Assembly: GCA_964568875.1 (NCBI GenBank)
Contig: CAZMSH010000012.1
Coordinates: 28,228 to 92,227, forward strand
DNA: 64,000 nt
Reading direction: 5' to 3'
Origin: an uncultured Rikenellaceae bacterium
GTDB taxonomy: Bacteria; Bacteroidota; Bacteroidia; Bacteroidales; VadinHA17
How positions within the stretch are numbered: the first letter of the stretch is position 1; each line of letters begins with the position of its first letter. Under the pieces are notes generated by a model. It was not told the origin of the DNA and made no database searches. It saw nothing but the letters and a program-made list of their open reading frames with translations. The position numbers were made by a program, and so were the translations under genes. Positions 29,007-38,413 of this stretch are shown one piece after another.

Positions 29007-31890
29007 AACCATATATGTCGACACTGAAGACCCCCTCTATGAATGACCTATTTTCGCCGGGAATGTATCCGCCCCTGGCTCCGGCTGATATACCAAAAGG
29101 GATCCTTAATACATGAAAATCGGCCAGCAGCTCTCCGCCAAATGAAGTAAAAATCTGCTTCTCGCTTACAAATCTGCGATCGTTAATGTAATATGTCCCG
29201 GTACTCTGTGCCATATCACCGAACAATCCTCCACGTATTCTCTTTATGTAAAGCAGACTGCCGACAGAAAAGTCAGGATAGGCTATCGGAAATACATAAT
29301 CGGCATTGATATTCTCTATCTTTTCAGAAATGATGTCCCTATACCCCCTGGGAAAATCAATTCTGTTTCCAAGATAGTAGCGTACCGGTTTCTGCCATTC
29401 AGCCTGGAATCTGAGTCTGAGACCATGATTTTTTATTATTCCCGGCAGATAATATGCAATCCTGATAGTCGTAATCGGACCGTATGTTTCTTCGTCAAAA
29501 GGGGCTTCTGTATGTATTATGTCCAGTACCTGTGCCAGAGGAGGGAAAATATCCCGTCGTGCTGAACGACGGCTGTTTGAAAAGAATATCCTTCCTGTAA
29601 GAAAGGACTGGCCATAGTCAAAATTTGACAGAGAAGGATCGTATATGTAATTGTTTTCATAGGAGTGATCAACCGAAAATCTTAAGAACTGGGAAGATGC
29701 CCCTGTGCTAAACCTCAATGGAAGTGATATTTCTGTTTTGGTCGAAATGGCACGATAAATTGCAGATGGATTTACATCCTGACCTCCTCTGAAAATAGCG
29801 GGTTCTCCCCCATATGACAACCTGAAATCGACAACAGGATACCATCCCTTCCAGGTTATACCTGTATGCAGTTTGTGATCGCCATCAGAATATTCATATC
29901 CAAAACTGCCGATTACAGTGCTTAGGAGGTTCTGAGTCAGAAGGGTTAACCCCGGCCTTATCGATGTGGGATCTGCGGAAACTCTGTCAAGATCAAAATA
30001 GAAGGGCATCCAACTGTGAATATTTAATATATGCTGCCATTTTCTGTAAGGAGATACCTTGTAGTCAGGTATACTATCCCATTCTGAATTATCACCTGTC
30101 AGGAACGGCAGCCCGGGATCAGAATCAGGAAGATCTATCTTGTCCAGCAGAGATGAAGCCGGTTTTTCTGTGTTTTCATAGTCGAACAGGCTTCCTTTAA
30201 TTCCGGTGAATACTATGTTAAAGCCATAATGATTATAATCTGAAAATAATACCCTGTTACCATACAGGCTGAGACCATCCACTCCGAATCGCGATCTGGT
30301 AATAGTATGAATTGTCTTTTCAGGTGTTTTAATGAAAATGTTGTCTGTTCCGCCTGCCGATGAAATAAAAAACAGAGTATCATTCCTCATCTGTGCGGCC
30401 TGAAGATCATGGCGGCCAGGTTCAAGAACCATCATCCATCTATCTTCATTAACATTATAATTATAAACTCCTTCTCCCTTGTCTGTTAACATAATTACAG
30501 TAATCTCTGTGTTATCATCAGACCATTCTGGTCGCTGTGGATAACCATTTGAAGGGGAGGCTACCTCTCTGATTATCTCCCCTGTCAAACCGTCGAGAAA
30601 AACCAGCCTGTTTTCTCCGGCGGGAGTGTTTTCTACTGTGGCAATCATTGATCCGTCTGATGATATTGCCGGTGCAACATATCGTGATCTTTTGGTTAAC
30701 CTTGAAGTAATACCCGATTTCAGATCATGAACTGCTATTACCTGGAAGTTCCGGTTTTCCCATCTGGGATCGTATTGTAACTCCGACCATACAATTTTCC
30801 CGGCACCATGCGAGATGTAGAACGGCCATGACCATCCTGTATATAGGATTCTTTTTTCCTTGGTCCCGTTGTTTGTTAGCAACACTATTGCAGGAGGCTC
30901 TGAAAAAGAAGTTTTAAGACTGATAATTGAGTCAGCGCCAATCTGCACCGGTGACATATAATTAACATAGGAATCACGATTAAAAGGCCTCAGGGAGGTA
31001 TACCCGACAGGGATTTCCTGTACCATTTCAGAATTCCATAATTTACTTAGTTCTGAAAATGTCTCATCATAAAGCTTTTTCTTGGTTAAAGAAGCAGACT
31101 TCCTGAGACTTAAGTTTATGGGATTAATAAGAAATGCTTTCGATCCTGTTGCTTTTACGGCATCTCTCCAGAGCTCTTCACCATATTTTGATCTTGCATA
31201 TTCTGTCATCCTGAAGCCATATCTGTAATGGTCAGGGGTATAATCGCGATACGATCCGAAAAGAATCTTGTTATAGCTGTATCCTCCGGGCTTTTGAAGG
31301 TACAGGGCCTTGAGGTCCTTGTTGAAGGAGGGATTGTCGCCCCGGCCACCAGGTGTAAGAATGCTCTCGTAGAGCACAGCTTCACCTTCGTAAAACCACA
31401 TGGGGAGCAATGCTGCTGTTATTCCACTAAATGACTCTCCGGTCAGTAATGACATAAACCTTGTAAAACCGGTATTCAGAGCCCTTGTTTGCATGATATG
31501 CACAGTCTCGTGATATGTAAGTGAAAGAAGCTGGTCTGTTGGCGTGCTGTTTTGTCCCGGCATAGGATAGAGCTCCATCCGGTCCGGTGCAAGACTTACG
31601 TAGCCGTTTGATTCGGATGAGTAGTTATGCATTATAACATTACTTCTTCCGGACCGAACCGGCTGACGGTAAATATTCTTCATAAGCCCGTAAGCATTCT
31701 CGAGATAAAAGAGTGTTCTGAAGGCTTCATCGCGATATGGTGACGGAAAAACTACCCTGAAATTGTCTCCCTTTATCTGACTCCATTTGATTGACGCCGG
31801 ATCGGTTCCTGTCTCATAAAACTGTGCTGCCGTTCGTGTATGGGCAACCAGTATAATAAGGATTGCTAATAGAGAGGATAATCTGTTCAT
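28957..31890 (-). CDS. large outer-membrane protein: N-terminal MA-like metallopeptidase-like region + beta-propeller repeats + C-terminal beta-barrel-like region
   Basis: I prefer the ATG at 31890 (MNRLSSLLAILIILVAHTRTAAQ signal peptide; codon verified). HExxH motif YHETVHIMQ with a downstream EGEA. The central section resembles PD40/WD40-like repeats. The C-terminal part has alternating strands ending ...VDIYGF. Confidence 0.5.
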   Translation of the reverse strand: MNRLSSLLAILIILVAHTRTAAQFYETGTDPASIKWSQIKGDNFRVVFPSPYRDEAFRTLFYLENAYGLMKNIYRQPVRSGRSNVIMHNYSSESNGYVSLAPDRMELYPMPGQNSTPTDQLLSLTYHETVHIMQTRALNTGFTRFMSLLTGESFSGITAALLPMWFYEGEAVLYESILTPGGRGDNPSFNKDLKALYLQKPGGYSYNKILFGSYRDYTPDHYRYGFRMTEYARSKYGEELWRDAVKATGSKAFLINPINLSLRKSASLTKKKLYDETFSELSKLWNSEMVQEIPVGYTSLRPFNRDSYVNYMSPVQIGADSIISLKTSFSEPPAIVLLTNNGTKEKRILYTGWSWPFYISHGAGKIVWSELQYDPRWENRNFQVIAVHDLKSGITSRLTKRSRYVAPAISSDGSMIATVENTPAGENRLVFLDGLTGEIIREVASPSNGYPQRPEWSDDNTEITVIMLTDKGEGVYNYNVNEDRWMMVLEPGRHDLQAAQMRNDTLFFISSAGGTDNIFIKTPEKTIHTITRSRFGVDGLSLYGNRVLFSDYNHYGFNIVFTGIKGSLFDYENTEKPASSLLDKIDLPDSDPGLPFLTGDNSEWDSIPDYKVSPYRKWQHILNIHSWMPFYFDLDRVSADPTSIRPGLTLLTQNLLSTVIGSFGYEYSDGDHKLHTGITWKGWYPVVDFRLSYGGEPAIFRGGQDVNPSAIYRAISTKTEISLPLRFSTGASSQFLRFSVDHSYENNYIYDPSLSNFDYGQSFLTGRIFFSNSRRSARRDIFPPLAQVLDIIHTEAPFDEETYGPITTIRIAYYLPGIIKNHGLRLRFQAEWQKPVRYYLGNRIDFPRGYRDIISEKIENINADYVFPIAYPDFSVGSLLYIKRIRGGLFGDMAQSTGTYYINDRRFVSEKQIFTSFGGELLADFHVLRIPFGISAGARGGYIPGENRSFIEGVFSVDIYGFSVGDRKRSGFPQISP

Positions 31891-32067
31891 CACCGAAAAG
31901 TAGGCATTAAAATTAACAATTAATACCATAATAAAGTTTACACCCCCACTCGAAGAGGGTTTACTGCCAATAGCATTGCAGTCCGAAATCTTACAGTTTG
32001 TATCAGAATACCATTCAAATTTCATATTTTCGTCCGGCAAACCCCTGGATGCGGAAAGGAGATCTTG

Positions 32068-35000
32068 ATGAAGAATTTCAGATTAGTAAATAATATTACC
32101 GGATGGGCAGTTTTCCTTGTAGCAGCTGTAACATACCTGCTGACAATGGAGTCAACTGCAAGCCTTTGGGATTGTGGTGAATTTATTGCTTCAGCATATA
32201 AGATGGAGGTTGGTCATCCACCGGGGGCTCCTGTATTCATGCTCATGGGCCGGTTCTTTACTCTCTTTGCCGGTAATGATGTCACAAGGGTTGCATTGAT
32301 GGCCAACGCCCTGTCTGCACTTGCAAGTGCATTTACAATACTGTTTCTCTTCTGGTCGGTAACTCATCTTGCAAGGAGAATAATTCTGAAAGAGGCAGAG
32401 CACTTTACAACATCGAATATACTTGCGGTGATGGGAGCAGGCGCCGCTGGCGCACTTGCTTATACATTCTCAGATACTTTCTGGTTCTCGGCTGTTGAAG
32501 GTGAAGTATATGCTACATCCTCGCTTTTTACTGCAGCAGTATTTTGGGCATTACTCCGCTGGGAAGAGAGCTATGGGGAAGAACACGCCGACAAATGGCT
32601 TATCCTGATAGCATATCTTATGGGTCTTTCTCTGGGGGTGCATCTGTTAAACCTTCTTGTAATACCGGCAATAACATTTGTATACTATTTCAGAAAATAT
32701 ACCTTCTCGTGGAAAGGATTCGCAGTTTCACTGGTCGTATCGGTGGCCATACTTGTTCTGATAATGTACGGCATAATACCCGGAGTTCTTAATGTCTCAT
32801 CACAATTTGAACTGTTCCTGATCAATACCATCGGCCTGCCTTTCCATACAGGCGTGCTGGTACATGTAATCCTTCTTGGCCTCTTTGTTATTATGGCTGT
32901 CAGGTTCTCAATGTTAAAGACTGGCAGGTTGAAGCTCACTCTGATCTCCATAGTTGCAGTATTGCTGTCAGGAATGTGGTTGTTATCAGAATCGGTAATT
33001 ATAAACATTATTGCCCTGGGTGTATTGGGCCTTCTGGTATGGCTTGCTGCACAAAAAAGGCGCGATCTGCTCAATACGGCATTTACCTCGTTGTTGGTGA
33101 TACTTATCGGCTATTCCTCTTTTGCGATAATACTAATCAGATCTTCCGCCAATCCTCCGATGGATGAAAACAACCCTGAGCACATCTTTAGTCTGATATA
33201 CTATCTTAACCGTGAGCAGTATGGACAGAGACCCCTGCTTTATGGCCAGTATTACAACGCGCCGGTAACCGACTACAAGACAGAAGGAAAGCCTACATAC
33301 AACAGGATTGGGAAGAGGTATGAAGTTACTCACAGGAGTATCGAAAGAGTCTATGATGATCGGTTTAAAACATTCTTTCCCAGGATGTGGAGTGATTCGC
33401 CCGACCATATTGAGAGGTATAAAGAGTGGGGCAGGGTGGAAGGTGTCCCGGTGCAGGTTACAGACCCTTCCACCGGAGAGCGCCGTGTTGAGCGAAGACC
33501 AAAGTTCAGTGAGAATCTCAGGTTTATGTTTTCATATCAGACAGGATTCATGTATTTCAGGTATTTCATGTGGAACTTTGCAGGCAGACAGAATGATACA
33601 CAGAGTCATGGCGGCACCGTTAACGGAAACTGGATAACAGGTATTGACTTTCTTGATCGTATCAGAGTCGGAACCGTAAAAGGAATGCCTGATGAGATGA
33701 AAAACGACCCGTCACGTAATAAATACTATCTGCTTCCTCTATTACTCGGAATGTTTGGGTTGATATTTCAGTTAAACCGCGATGTGCGTAACTGGTGGAT
33801 AGTTAGCTTGTTATTTATAATGACAGGCATCGCTATAATCATCTACCTGAATCAGTATCCTAACCAACCAAGAGAGAGGGATTATGCCTATGCCGGTTCC
33901 TTCTATGCATTCGCAATATGGATAGGGCTGGGCGTCCTGTTTATTTATGATTTCCTGATGAAGTTTATGAACAGAAGAACCGCCGCAATAATTGCGGTCA
34001 CATTCTCTATGGCCGTACCGGTAATAATGGCAAAGGAGAACTGGGCAGATCATGACCGGTCAGGAAGGTACCTTACAACCGATGTGGCTTCAAATTATCT
34101 GAACAGTTGTGCACCCAACGCCGTAATTTTCACCAATGGTGATAACGACACCTTCCCTCTCTGGTATGTGCAGGAGGTGGAAGGTGTCAGAACTGATGTG
34201 CGGGTATGTAACCTGATGCTGCTCAATACAGACTGGTACATCGATCAGATGAAGATGAAGGTTTACGAATCTGACCCGTTGCCACTGACTCTTCCTGCAG
34301 AAAAGTATTATGAAGGTGTAAATAACCAGGTATATATAGTAGAAAGATACAAGGAACCTGCTGATGCCTCTGCAGTTATCGACTTCGTACGCAGCAATGA
34401 CCCTGCATCGAAGATTAGAATCTCTCCAACTGAGGAGATTGATTATATACCTGCAAGAACGATAAGAATACCCGTTGACAGGGAGAAGGTAGTTGCCAAT
34501 GGTACTGTAAGACCTGAAGATGCAGAGCTTGTAGTCCCTTACATAGAAATAAAGCTTACAGGAAATGCTATATTGAAAAGCCAGCTGATGGTTTTGGATA
34601 TGCTGGCTCATAACGACTGGGAAAGACCGATATATTTTGTTTCAGGATACCATAATGATGCCCTTGGCCTTGAGGAGTATTTTCAGCTTGAAGGGATTGC
34701 TTTCAGACTCGTTCCAATTAAGTCACATAACAGGAACTGGCTCGATTACGGCAGAGTCGATACCGGAATTCTTTATGAAAACATGATGAACAGATTCAGA
34801 TGGAGAGGAGCAAGCGATCCGGATGTATACCTCGATTATTTTCATAAGAGAACCCTCACCGTTATTAAGGCAAGATTGCATTATGCACGGCTTGCAGCAG
34901 AACTTGCTGCCGAAGGCAAAGCCGATAAGGCAGCTGAAGTGATAGACCGTTGTCTTAGTGAGCTTCCTTTCAGCAAATTGCCGTATGATATGTTTACCTC

Positions 35001-35292
35001 TGACCTGGTGGCAGCCTGTTTTGCTTCAGGCATTGATGAAAAGGCGCTCGAGATAGCTAAAGATGGTACAGATTATTTCTTCAGGCGGATAGAATACTAT
35101 CTTGCTCAGTCTCCAGGGTTTATTTACTCTGCCGGGTATGAGATACAGATATCTATGCAGTATGTATCAAAGATTGTTGATGCACTTGTTGCAAACGGCC
35201 ATGAGGAGACAGGAGGTGAAATCAATAAAAAGATGGAGGAGCTTTACGCTTCATTTATGATAATCCGCAGGTCTTACGGTGAGGGAGATTAA
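32068..35292 (+). CDS. DUF2723-family multi-pass membrane protein (GT-C / TMEM260-like putative glycosyltransferase)
   Basis: Characteristic N-terminus SLWDCGEFIASAYKMEVGHPPGAP, about 12 TM helices and a large C-terminal soluble domain. Confidence 0.7.
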   Translation: MKNFRLVNNITGWAVFLVAAVTYLLTMESTASLWDCGEFIASAYKMEVGHPPGAPVFMLMGRFFTLFAGNDVTRVALMANALSALASAFTILFLFWSVTHLARRIILKEAEHFTTSNILAVMGAGAAGALAYTFSDTFWFSAVEGEVYATSSLFTAAVFWALLRWEESYGEEHADKWLILIAYLMGLSLGVHLLNLLVIPAITFVYYFRKYTFSWKGFAVSLVVSVAILVLIMYGIIPGVLNVSSQFELFLINTIGLPFHTGVLVHVILLGLFVIMAVRFSMLKTGRLKLTLISIVAVLLSGMWLLSESVIINIIALGVLGLLVWLAAQKRRDLLNTAFTSLLVILIGYSSFAIILIRSSANPPMDENNPEHIFSLIYYLNREQYGQRPLLYGQYYNAPVTDYKTEGKPTYNRIGKRYEVTHRSIERVYDDRFKTFFPRMWSDSPDHIERYKEWGRVEGVPVQVTDPSTGERRVERRPKFSENLRFMFSYQTGFMYFRYFMWNFAGRQNDTQSHGGTVNGNWITGIDFLDRIRVGTVKGMPDEMKNDPSRNKYYLLPLLLGMFGLIFQLNRDVRNWWIVSLLFIMTGIAIIIYLNQYPNQPRERDYAYAGSFYAFAIWIGLGVLFIYDFLMKFMNRRTAAIIAVTFSMAVPVIMAKENWADHDRSGRYLTTDVASNYLNSCAPNAVIFTNGDNDTFPLWYVQEVEGVRTDVRVCNLMLLNTDWYIDQMKMKVYESDPLPLTLPAEKYYEGVNNQVYIVERYKEPADASAVIDFVRSNDPASKIRISPTEEIDYIPARTIRIPVDREKVVANGTVRPEDAELVVPYIEIKLTGNAILKSQLMVLDMLAHNDWERPIYFVSGYHNDALGLEEYFQLEGIAFRLVPIKSHNRNWLDYGRVDTGILYENMMNRFRWRGASDPDVYLDYFHKRTLTVIKARLHYARLAAELAAEGKADKAAEVIDRCLSELPFSKLPYDMFTSDLVAACFASGIDEKALEIAKDGTDYFFRRIEYYLAQSPGFIYSAGYEIQISMQYVSKIVDALVANGHEETGGEINKKMEELYASFMIIRRSYGEGD

Positions 35293-35307
35293 ATCGAAAA
35301 ATGATTG

Positions 35308-35718
35308 TTATTGTGCGTATTCCTTCCTTACAAGGTATTTTTCAATAAGGTTGAGAAGTCTTTCCGGGAACAATGGCTTCAGGACAAACTCATTGCAGCC
35401 CGCTACAAATGCTTCTCTCCTTATCTGGTCAGAACTGTAGGCTGTAACCATTATTACCGGTGTCTCCTTGTCTCTTTTCCTTAACAGCTTGATACAGTCA
35501 ATACCGTTGATGTACGGAATAAGAAAATCCATGATGATAAAATCAACATTGAGGGCTTCCTGTGAAATCAGCTCATTGAAATCCCTTCCGTTTTTCAATA
35601 TTGTGATCTCAGCTCCGGTACTTTTCAAAAGAGTCTCATAGTACTTTACAGAAGGGACATCATCGTCAATAATAATAATGTTCTTGTTACTGAGGTCCGA
35701 CAGGGAAAAATTCAACAT
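35308..35718 (-). CDS. stand-alone response-regulator receiver protein (CheY-like)
   Basis: Acidic pocket IIIIDDD, phospho-acceptor FIIMDFLIP, and the VTA and KP motifs. There is no output domain. Confidence 0.85.
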   Translation of the reverse strand: MLNFSLSDLSNKNIIIIDDDVPSVKYYETLLKSTGAEITILKNGRDFNELISQEALNVDFIIMDFLIPYINGIDCIKLLRKRDKETPVIMVTAYSSDQIRREAFVAGCNEFVLKPLFPERLLNLIEKYLVRKEYAQ

Positions 35719-35849
35719 TGCTGATTTGCTGAGCTGGTTGTAATATTATGTAAAAATAGTAACTGGAATCGAGGTGAAGGTAGTTCTCGGGCGCAGTTTT
35801 CAACAAGTTATTAACATAAAAAATATTATGATGTATAAGCTCAATTTAC

Positions 35850-35857
35850 TATTTTTG
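35850..35857 (+). promoter_or_regulatory. Bacteroidota-type -7 box TATTTTTG
   Basis: It matches TAnnTTTG and lies 38 nt upstream of the ATG at 35895. Confidence 0.35.
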
Positions 35858-35894
35858 ATATCAGTAGATAGTAAGCCTGTTTAAACCATCTGAA

Positions 35895-37787
35895 ATGAAA
35901 AGAGTTATAAAAAATGCACGATTGACCTTGGTGGCAGTTGCATATCTTTTTGTGACAGTAACATCACTATCACAGGAAGGATTTAATAATTCCACCCGGG
36001 CCCTTTATATATTCGATATGGCCCGTTATATTGAATATGGTGACGGACTGGCAGATAAGGAGTTTTTCAGAATCGGGATTCTTGACAACAATGCAGCCCT
36101 ATTCTGGGAGATGGGAAATCTCGCCCGCACACGTACCAAAATACAGGAGAAGCCGGTTGATATTGTGTATTTCAGGGAAGAGAGCAAGATAATCCCGACA
36201 CAAATACTGTATGTAAATAAGAGTAGCGGGTTTGATCTCAGCAAAGTGAAGGAAATAATAGCGGGAAAACAGACAATGCTGATTACCGAAGGCTATGACT
36301 TCAATGAGTCTATGATCAATTTCATTGTTGTGGAGGGCAAGCCACGTTACCAGGTTCATGAAGACAAGATAATAGAAGCAGGGATGTCTGTAAACTCCAA
36401 TTTCCTCTTCCAGGCAATAAAAACCAAGGAAGATTGGGAGAATCTGTTTGACCAGGCTATGGAAGAGATCGAGCTGCAAAAGCAGCAGATAAGGGAACAA
36501 CAGTTAGTAATAGAATCACAGAAGGCCGAGATAGCAATGCAGAAAGCGCTGCTTGACAGTCTTGACAATGCGATAGAGGAAAAGGAGAGGGAGCTGTTAG
36601 AGAAGCAACAGCAGCTTGACAGGCAGATGGTACAGATCAACAGACAAGGGCGCGAGATAACTGTTCAGAGATCAACGATTGAGAATCAGCAAAAGGAAGT
36701 AGCCGGACAGCAGGAGGTGCTTGCAGCCCAAAGGGAAGAGATTGCCGTACAAATGGCAAAGCTTGACGAACAGATGTTACTTATAAATCAACAGGAGGAG
36801 AAGATAAGGATACAGCTTGCCACTCTTGAAAAGCAGAGGCTGATTCTGTGGTTTGTATCCTTAATGCTTATTCTGTTCATTTTTCTCGCCTATATTATTT
36901 ATCGCAATTACCGTATCAAGAAGGAGGCAAATATTAAGCTTGAGGAGAAGAACCGGACGATCACCGCTCAAAAGAATGAAATTGAGAAGCAACGTGACAT
37001 TGCAGCCATGCAGCGCGACCAGATTGCGTACCAGAAGAAGCATATAACCGACAGTATAGAATACGCGAAAAGAATACAGACAGCACTGCTTCCGTCACTT
37101 GAGCTTTTCAGTGATGATCTCGACCATTTTGTACTCTTCAAGCCTCTGGATATCGTGAGTGGTGATTTCTATTGGGTTAGCCGCCGTAATAATCTTCAGA
37201 TGATAATTGCCGCTGACTGTACCGGTCATGGTGTTCCCGGTGCCTTTATGAGTATGCTGGGTGTCACAATGCTCAATGAAATAGTGCTGGCCAAGAATAT
37301 TGTTATGCCAGACCAGATACTGAATAACCTCAGGGGTGAGATAATAGCTTCTCTTAAGCAATCTGAAGAGGATGACAAGGTGAAGGATGGAATGGATATG
37401 GCAATATGTGTTGTTGATTTCAGTACCTCCAGACTATACTATGCCGGAGCAAACAATCCGCTCTATCTGATACGGGGTAAGGAGCTTATCCACTACAGGC
37501 CCGATAAGATGCCCGTAGCAATACATTACCGTATGGGTGACTTTACTCTTCATACAATTGACTTAAAGAAAGGAGATTGTTTTTACATCTTTTCTGATGG
37601 GTATGCTGATCAGTTTGGAGGACCGGAGCAAAGAAAATTCATGTCAGCCCGTTTGAAAGAAGAACTGGTAAGAATTTCAGATATGCCCATGATTAAACAG
37701 GGAGAGGTGCTGAATAACCTTTTCCTTGAATGGCAGGGTGATAATCCTCAGGTAGATGATGTAACCCTTATAGGTGTGAGATACTGA
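35895..37787 (+). CDS. YfiR-like (DUF4154) periplasmic domain - coiled coil - TM - PP2C/SpoIIE-type serine phosphatase
   Basis: Signal peptide, a YfiR-like N-domain, about 130 aa of Q/E-rich coiled coil, the TM segment ILWFVSLMLILFIFLAYIIY, and SpoIIE motifs SGDFYW and ADCTGHGVPGAF. Confidence 0.75.
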   Translation: MKRVIKNARLTLVAVAYLFVTVTSLSQEGFNNSTRALYIFDMARYIEYGDGLADKEFFRIGILDNNAALFWEMGNLARTRTKIQEKPVDIVYFREESKIIPTQILYVNKSSGFDLSKVKEIIAGKQTMLITEGYDFNESMINFIVVEGKPRYQVHEDKIIEAGMSVNSNFLFQAIKTKEDWENLFDQAMEEIELQKQQIREQQLVIESQKAEIAMQKALLDSLDNAIEEKERELLEKQQQLDRQMVQINRQGREITVQRSTIENQQKEVAGQQEVLAAQREEIAVQMAKLDEQMLLINQQEEKIRIQLATLEKQRLILWFVSLMLILFIFLAYIIYRNYRIKKEANIKLEEKNRTITAQKNEIEKQRDIAAMQRDQIAYQKKHITDSIEYAKRIQTALLPSLELFSDDLDHFVLFKPLDIVSGDFYWVSRRNNLQMIIAADCTGHGVPGAFMSMLGVTMLNEIVLAKNIVMPDQILNNLRGEIIASLKQSEEDDKVKDGMDMAICVVDFSTSRLYYAGANNPLYLIRGKELIHYRPDKMPVAIHYRMGDFTLHTIDLKKGDCFYIFSDGYADQFGGPEQRKFMSARLKEELVRISDMPMIKQGEVLNNLFLEWQGDNPQVDDVTLIGVRY

Positions 37788-38018
37788 TTATCTGCACTCC
37801 CACTGTGTGGTTAGAGAACCTACAACGACAGGTGGCGTTGCCAGAATAATTGTAAGATCAGCTCCGCAATACTCAGTCTCGGATGTTTGATTAATAATAT
37901 CGCCATCGTCGTAGGTAACCTGCTTGCAGAGTTTGCAGTTCTGGAAAAGACTCTCACACGAGGAAAGAGAAATTGCCATCAGAATAAAACCGGCTGCATA
38001 TAGAACGATTCTCTTCAT
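37788..38018 (-). CDS. small Cys-rich lipoprotein, paralog 1 (76 aa)
   Basis: Lipobox LSSC. The mature ~56 aa carries four further Cys (QNCxxCK, YC, WECR). A gapless alignment by eye shows about 50% identity to the next gene. Confidence 0.65.
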   Translation of the reverse strand: MKRIVLYAAGFILMAISLSSCESLFQNCKLCKQVTYDDGDIINQTSETEYCGADLTIILATPPVVVGSLTTQWECR

Positions 38019-38053
38019 AATCAGGTATTGGGTATTTAGTTAAAATAAGGGTG

Positions 38054-38284
38054 TTATCTGCATTCCCATTTTGTTGTCTGCGATCCGTTTATAATCGGCT
38101 GCTTCGCCAGTATTTCGGCCAGTTGTTCATCGCAGTAAACCGACTCCGGATACTCCTGGAAAACCTCATTGTTGTTATAGATGACCATCTTACATGTCAT
38201 GCAGTTTTGCAGCAGCAATTCACAAGAGTTGACTGAGACGGCAACAAGGATGAAAAAGATTGCATATGCCACTTTTCGTTTCAT
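38054..38284 (-). CDS. small Cys-rich lipoprotein, paralog 2 (76 aa)
   Basis: Lipobox VNSC, with the same Cys pattern and the same C-terminal TTxWECR as paralog 1. Confidence 0.65.
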   Translation of the reverse strand: MKRKVAYAIFFILVAVSVNSCELLLQNCMTCKMVIYNNNEVFQEYPESVYCDEQLAEILAKQPIINGSQTTKWECR

Positions 38285-38304
38285 AGTCTGTAACTATTAT
38301 ATAT

Positions 38305-38312
38305 CAAAGATA
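38305..38312 (-). promoter_or_regulatory. Bacteroidota-type -7 box TATCTTTG (minus strand)
   Basis: The plus-strand sequence CAAAGATA reads TATCTTTG on the minus strand. It lies 20 nt upstream of the ATG at 38284 and just downstream of the M14 terminator. Confidence 0.45.
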
Positions 38313-38344
38313 AGAAGCTTTTTCTTTACAAGCATCAGAGCCAT

Positions 38345-38391
38345 AAATATTAATAAAGGAAATCCCTCTTCTTTCCGGGAAGAGGGATTTC
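38345..38391 (-). terminator. rho-independent terminator after the M14 gene pair
   Basis: A perfect 13-bp stem, GAAATCCCTCTTC pairing with GAAGAGGGATTTC (38359-38391), has a 7-nt loop. On the minus strand it is followed by CTTTATTAATATTT. It lies 23 nt past the stop at 38414. Confidence 0.7.
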
Positions 38392-38413
38392 TGCTCTGCA
38401 ATAAGATTGAAAT

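Noticed and set aside
31891-32040. 50-aa N-terminal extension of the large OMP ORF
   Set aside because: The ATG at 31890 gives a canonical signal peptide (MNRLSSLLAILIILVAHTRTAAQ). The extension would bury that signal peptide.
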